Positions 57,703-64,000 of a DNA stretch of 64,000 bases are shown piece after piece (position 1 is the first letter of the stretch; every line of letters starts with the position of its first letter). Under the pieces are notes generated by a model. It was not told the origin of the DNA. It did no database searches and saw nothing but the letters and a program-made list of their open reading frames with translations. Position numbers and translations under genes: made by a program. This DNA is from Cyanophora paradoxa CCMP329 (lineage: Eukaryota > Plantae > Glaucophyta), in contig QPMI01000210.1 in NCBI GenBank assembly GCA_004431415.1, positions 85,173 to 149,172 of the forward strand, given 5' to 3'.

Positions 57703-58482
57703 CTAGTCCTGGCGGCGGCGGCCGACGCGGCGCTTGAAGGGCTGCGCGCAGGGGAGAGGGTGAGCAGGGCGGGCGGGAAGGGCGCCGGCGGGGCGCGCCT
57801 CCTCGTCGAGAAGTCTCCAGACGATGAGGGCGGGGACGACGAGGTAGGGCACGTACGCCGCCAGGTACGCCCCCGTGCTCCCCGCCGCGTGCTCCCCCAG
57901 CAGCCCTGCGCCCCGCCCCCGCAAGCGTCAGCACGCGTCGGTCGCGGCGGCGAGGGCGCTGGCGGCGGCGGGCGCACCCTCGGTCATCACGATGACCGTG
58001 CTGTAGATCATGAGAGCCGAGTACACGAAGCCGAGCGGGCGCAGGCCCCGCGCCTTCTCGCCCTTCGCGAAGCAGTACGCCGCGAACGCGTCGTACAGCG
58101 CGTAGCTCAGCCGGATGGCGAGCATCGCCCGGAGCCACAGCGGCCGCGCGTAGAGCAGCGGGTCCGACGCCTTCGCGAACCCGTGCAGCGCCTCTGTGTG
58201 AGCAAGCAGGGCGTTTAGCTGCTGGCGGAGCCGGCGCGCTCGTGTTCCTCACGCCGCGGCGCGCTAGCTCGAGCGGCGCGACGCACTGGCGATGAACGTC
58301 GGGGGCCAGATGGCGGGGTTGGAGTCGTATTGGGCCGGGTTCGCGTTCAGGACGGCGTCAAGGCCGGCCACGCAGCACACGAACACGTCCGAGAGGAAGA
58401 AGGCGACAAGGAAGCAGTCTAGCGGCCTCGACGTGAGCTTGACCTTAGTGCGCGGTGCGGGTGCGGCCGCCTTCGGCGCCAT
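57703..58482 (-). CDS. EXPERA (TMEM97/TM6SF-like) four-TM protein
   Basis: [28 protein letters not shown]; basic C-terminus. Confidence 0.75.
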
Positions 58483-58580
58483 CTTAACTGGGAGTGGGCG
58501 CTGGGAACGGCCGCCTTCGGCGCCTCGGGGGGAGTGGGCCGCGGGAGGGTACACACTGTTCGCCCCGCACACAATCTAGG

Positions 58581-59420
58581 ATGTCGGTGCGTCCGTCCTG
58601 GCTGCGCGGGCGGGTCAGGAGCAGTTAGAAGCGCGCGGGAGAGCCGTAGAAGCAGCCGTCCCGCGCCGTGCGGCAGGCGGCCAAAAAATCTCACGATCCC
58701 GCCTCGCCGCCGCCCGCGCAGGTCGCTTTCGCCCCGGCCACCGTGTTCGCCACCGGCAGCAAGGCTGTCCGGTCGTTCACCTTCGAGAGCCAGTTCTCTG
58801 GCCTCTCGCTCCAGGACAACGCCTTCTTCGGCGCGTCCGTGGCTTCGTCCTCGTCCCAGGCCGAGGCGGCGGAGTTCTCCATTGAGTGCCAGGTCAGAAG
58901 GCGTGCACTCAGCGTGCTTTCCTGCCCGCCGACGCGCGCTGGCGCAGCGCCACGGCAAGCGCGTGGCCAAGCTCAACAAGCCCGCGGACCAGCGCAAGGC
59001 GATGAAGCGCGCTCTGGTTACTGAGCTCCTCCGCCACGGCGCCATCAAGACCACCATGGCCCGCGCGAAGGTGCGGCAGCTGGTATTCGCACGGCGAAAG
59101 TATCTGATGAGGGCGCTCCTCGCGCGGCGGCTCCTGCGCAGGCCATCCGCGGCGACGTTGACCACATCATCACCCTCGCCAAGGACGGCTCGCTCCACGC
59201 CCGGCGGCAGGCCCTTGGCTTCGTCTACGACAAGAACGTGAGCACGCATGCCTGTCCTTTCGTCCTTCTTCTGAACTCATCCTTCCGACAGCTCGTTCAC
59301 TCGGTGTTCGAGAAGGCGCCCAAGCGCTATGCTGAGCGCGATGGTGGCTACACCCGCATCCAGCACACCGACCCCCGCCGCGGCGACAACTCCGTCATGG
59401 CGGTGATCGAGCTCGTATAA
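58581..59420 (+). CDS. rpl17: Nucleus-encoded plastid 50S ribosomal protein L17
   Basis: MSVAFAPA transit peptide; [49 protein letters not shown]. Confidence 0.95.
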
Positions 59421-59886
59421 GCGATTCAACTTGGGGCTGGGCGCTCGGGAGGGGCGACTTGTGGGCAGCAGCGTCAGCGGTCAGCCGCGGCGCAATTTCA
59501 TGCGGCACCAGCCGCAGTTTTCCTCTTGCAGTAGGTGACGACCGAGCGTTGTCGGAGGTGTGGTGTCTAGCGCAGCGCCGCACCTGCTCTACCCGCTCGT
59601 TCTGTTCCTTTTCTTCGCTTTTGTGTTACGTTAATATAGGATCCGCAGTATTTTCTTCCCGTGCGCGTGGCCGCCTCGAACTCGGTCTCTCGGCCCAGTC
59701 CCTGACCTCTCTAGCGGGGTGCCGTGAGGCTTCCTCCTTCCCCTGGATGCCTAACCCCTGAAAACAAGTTGTACGTGCACGCGGGGGCGATATCGATCAA
59801 ATTCGCCGGCCTAAGGGGGTACGTCTGCCTGCAACTGCAAGGTGCTCGGCGACTGTGGGCCCGCGGGGGCCGCCAGAACGGCGGAA

Positions 59887-62800
59887 ATGTTGTCGCCTGG
59901 TGCAAAACGCAGAGTTGCGCCGCTGGTCCCGCACTCCCAGCCTCGAGTTGAGCAGCGGCGGAAAGAAGCGGCAAAGGTGGAGCAGGAGAAGCTCGAGGAG
60001 GCAGAGCGAGAGGAACCGCAGAATCCGCTGTTGTCGGAGCATGTGTCCGCAGTGGACCTGGATAAGGCGCGTTCAACACCTTAGCTGGGGGGCGCGCTGG
60101 CTGCTGCAAACGCCCTGCTTGGTTATTAAAGCTCTGTATGATTCGTACACGCGACCCGGCACGGTCGAGTTGACCGTCTTCGCTTCGCAGGCGTACGCGG
60201 AGCCGGATTCGGAGCCGCTGGCCGAACGCAGTCCGGCCAGTAGCAGCCAGCCGTCCCCGCCTCCCCTCTTCGTCCTGGAAATTTTGCGCATGGTTCGCCC
60301 GCCGGGCGCGGCTTGCCGCTTGTGAGGCGAGCCGCGGGCGGGCGACGCAGGACGACGAGGCGGACCGGGAGGCGAAGGACGCGCTGCGCGTGGAAATGCT
60401 GCGCGCCATGATCAAGGCCGGCCTCACCATTAGCCTCAGCCGCGTCCCCGTCTACGGGTCCGCCGGAGAGCCGCGCCGGTCCGCGCCGCGCGGGGCCGCT
60501 GAGTGGACGGCAGCTTCGGGAGCGACCTGCGGCGCGGGCTGCGGCGGCGAGTGAGGCGGGGGCAGTCGCTGGCGCGGACGGCCACGGCGCTGCCGTCGGG
60601 GCTCGCCCGGGCAGCCTCCCTCGTACCCCACGCCCCCGGCGAGCCCCCCATCGGCCACCGCATCTTCGTCAAGGTGCCCCTACCCCCTCCCCTCCCCTCC
60701 CCCCCCCTCCCACCGACCGGCGGCAGGTTTCGATGTCGGCGGAGCGGCTCGACGAGGAGGCCGACCGCATGCAGGCCCGCCCCGTACCCCCCGCCGGCCC
60801 TGCCCTCCGGGCCCGACGCGCCGGGCAGATCCTGTACCGGCGGCGGCCGGTGCCGCTGCCGATCGCGCAGTGGTCGGGGGGCAGCGCGGAGGACCGGGCG
60901 CACTGCGCCCCCGAGCGCGACGCCGAGGTCCGCCGCCTCCCCCTCTGGCCTTTCTCAGAGCCCCGCGCGCCCCGCCCGACGCTGCGCCTGCGCCGCAGGG
61001 CGCCAGCGAGCCGCTGGGCTACCTCGAAAACATCTTTCAGGAGGTCCGCGGGGGGCCGGGGGCCCCCTCCCCCCGGCCCCCGCCCCTGAGCGAGGCGGGC
61101 GCCCAGTTCTCGATCGCGGAGCGCGAGGAGTTCGTCGACTGCGGGGAGCACAACAGCTACACCGTGCCCCGCCCCGCCCCGCCCCGCCTCTTCGCTTCCG
61201 CCTCGTCCGCCTCACGCGCCGGCAGCGGTACAAGATGGAGCTGCTGGAGAGCGTGCTCGAGTCGCGCGGGGCGCGCGGCTGCGGCCTGCGCCTGCGCGAG
61301 CTGCAGGAGAAGGAGGCCATCGCCGGCTGGTTCTACATGCACGAGGAGCAGAGGCCCGCCCCGCTCCGCGCCCCTCCTCGCCGCCCTGCCCGCGCCTGTT
61401 CGAGCCGTCCGCAGTGCCGACGGGAAGGCCAACTGCCAATGGCTCATCCGGAACTGGGTCATGTGCGCCGGACGCGCCGCGCCGGCTCCCCGCCGACGCG
61501 CTCGCAGGGGCGCCATGTGGCGGCCCCCGACGGCCCTCCTCCGCAATCACTTCGGTGAAAAGATCGGCTTCTATTTTGCCTTCATGGGTGCCCCGCCCCC
61601 CCCCCCCCTCCCCCCCCCCCCCCCCCCCCCCCCGCCCCGCCTCTGCGCCCCCTCCCGAGCCGGCCGGCAGAGTCGTACACAAGGGCGGTGGTGGTGCCGG
61701 CGCTGTGCGGCGCCGGCGTCTACATCGCCCAGAAGGCCACCGGCGTCGTCCGCCCGCCCCGCCCCCGCCCGCGTGCCTCCCCGCCTGAGCGGGGGCAGAC
61801 GGACCTGTGGGCGGTCCCCTTCTACTCCATCTTCGTCGTCGTCTGGGGTGCGCGCTCCCCCCGGGCGCCCCGGGGCGGGCGGCGGCCTTCTGAGAGGCCC
61901 CGCCAGCCGTCCTCTTCCTGGAGGGCTGGAAGCGGCGGCAGGCGGCCCTGGCGCATCGCTGGGGCGTCACGGGCTTCCGGCGGCAGGAGCGGAACCGGCC
62001 CGAGTACCTGGAGCGCCCGGGGGCGCGCCGCATCACCCGCGACCTCGTCAGCGGCGAGGCGGCGCGCGCTCCCCCGCCGGCCCCCTCCCCCCCGCTCGGC
62101 CCTCCTCCCGCTGAGGCCCCCCCGGCAGGTGCCCGAGTACACCTTCTGGGAGCGCCTGCCGCGCTTCGTGGCGTCGTACTCGGCGGCGGCGCTGGCGGCG
62201 CTGCTGGTGGTGGCGGCGAGCGTCTCCCTGCTCGTCTTCCGCTTCCTCATCAACTCGTACCTCCCCTACACCGTCGCCGTCGTCAACTCCGTCTTCATCA
62301 TGGCCATGTGCGCCCCGCCCCGCCCCGCCCGCGGCCCCGCCCCGCCCCGCGGCCCAGCCCCGCCCGACGCGCCGGGGGGCGGGGCAGGGACTTCGTGTAC
62401 AAGCGGGTGGCGTGGAAGCTGACGGACCTCGAGAACCACCGCTACGAGTCCGCCTACGAGGGACGCCTCATCCTCAAGGCACGGCCCCCGCCCCGCCCCC
62501 CGCCCCGAGCCTCGCCCTCACCCGGCGCAGCTCTTCGCGTTCCAGTTCGTGAACAACTACTGCTCGCTCTTCTACTACGCGTTCTACGAGGGCAGCGACC
62601 CCGAGGGGTGCGGGTGGCGGGGGCCGGGCTCCCCCTCCTGCGGCGTCGACATGATGGGCCTCCTCGGGTGCCCGCGCCCCTCGCCGCCCCGCCCCGAGCC
62701 CTCTCCGCCCTCGTCCCTTACCCTCGTCTCTGCGGGGCAGGAACCAGCTGGCGGCCATCCTCGTCATCCGCACCGTCTCCAGCAACACCATCGAGATCTA

Positions 62801-64000
62801 CCTCCCGTGCCCCGCCCCCGCCCCCGCCCCCTCCGCCCCCGCCAGCGCCGTGAGGCTGACGCTCTCGCGGCGAGGCGGCAGGGTGGCGCTTTCGGTGTTG
62901 AAGCGGGGCGCCTTCACGGCCCGCTCCCTCGGCAACGCCACCGCCCGCCCCGCCCCGCGCCCCGCCCCGCCGGCCGCGTCTGAGGCTGGGCCAGGTGCGG
63001 AACGGGAGCCTCTCGGAGCGGACGCTGCTCGACTCCATCGACGACATGATGGACGTCGTCGTCGGGTCCGCCCGCCCCCGCCCCGCCCCGCCCCGCCCCG
63101 CCCGACCCCGCCCCCAGATTCGGCTTCGTGGTGCTCTTCGCGGCGGCCTTCCCCGCGGCGGCCGCCGTCGTGCTCCTCAACAACGCCCTCCGCCTCCGCA
63201 CCGACACCTACAAGCTCCTCCGCGTCTACGAGCGGCCCCGGCCCCAGCGTGCCCCCGACCTCGGGCCCTGGACCCCCATCCTCCAGTTCATGGCCTTCGC
63301 CTCCGTCGTGCCCGCCCGCTGCCGCCAGCGACGGTGCCGGCGGCCGCGCCGCCTGATGGGGGCGGGCAGATCACGAACAGCGGGATGGTGCTGCTGACGA
63401 GCCGGCAGCTGCAGTCGAACTGGGGCCTGGAGGAGTTCGCGCGGCGCCTCGTCGCCGTCGCCTCCCTGGAGCACGCCGTCTTCCTCCTCCAGTTCCTCCT
63501 CGCCGTCCTCATCCCCGACGTCCCCAGGCCCGCCCCCGCCCCCCGGCCCCCCGCCCTCCGCCACCCGGCCCCGCCCGGCCTCGGCGCCGGGCGAGCGGGC
63601 GGGGCGCGCGCAGGTGGGTGCAGAACGAGGAGAAGCTCGCCGCGGCGTGGAGCCGCCACCTCCTCCAGTTCCGCGAGGCGCGCCTCGGGGCCCGCCCCGG
63701 CGCCCCCGATCCCGAGGGAGGGGGGCGGCAGGTGGCGCCGGCCGGGGCGGCGAGGGCGGCGCTGCACTCGCCGCCCTCGCGGAGGCGCTGGCCGCCGGGG
63801 CGCCCCCAGCGCGCGCGGGACGCCCGCGTCGAGCAGCACCCTCCGCCCCGCCGCAAGGCCCCCCTCCCCCCCGCCTCCCCTTGCGCCGGGGCCGCTGACG
63901 CCGCCGCGGGGCGCGGCAGATGCTGCCGAGCTCGCAGACGATGGCGGCGGCGACGGGGTTCGACCCCGACTTCGCCAAGCTCCCCTACGGTGCCCGCCCC
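59887..64000 (+). CDS. Anoctamin/TMEM16 family protein (3' truncated)
   Basis: RNHFGEKIGFYFAF, EGWKR, LTDLENHR, LFAFQFVNNY, FGFVVLFAAAFP, GPW, LEH. Confidence 0.9.

Overview
GC-rich, intron-dense eukaryotic nuclear DNA from a photosynthetic protist. The Phe-containing 'MAF/VAF' plastid transit peptides suggest a glaucophyte such as Cyanophora (inference). The long Ala/Arg/Pro/Gly ORFs in the track are GC artefacts; the real genes are spliced. Three compartments: (1) 1-~2900, the right end of an intronless virus-like element with a DUF2738/T7-gp2.5-like ssDNA-binding protein, four orphan ORFs, shared upstream motifs, duplicated TGACG arrays and an AGT/ACT terminal microsatellite. (2) About 17 host genes, including aconitase, a pterin-carbinolamine dehydratase-peroxiredoxin fusion, PsbQ-like, OvoA, D-LDH, RPS29, an NPHP3-like STAND NTPase, PCCB, AIFM3-like, plastid rpL17 and an anoctamin. 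(3) 37250-43117, a near-intact tyrosine-recombinase retrotransposon arranged A-gag-B/A-RT/RH/MT-YR-B, with a hairpin-forming B/A junction and a Gag bearing a signal-peptide-like N-terminus. Host genes also show very frequent GC-AG introns and a G-to-C synonymous-site wave in phase with exon/intron structure. Gene models were spliced by eye, so ends are approximate where stated.
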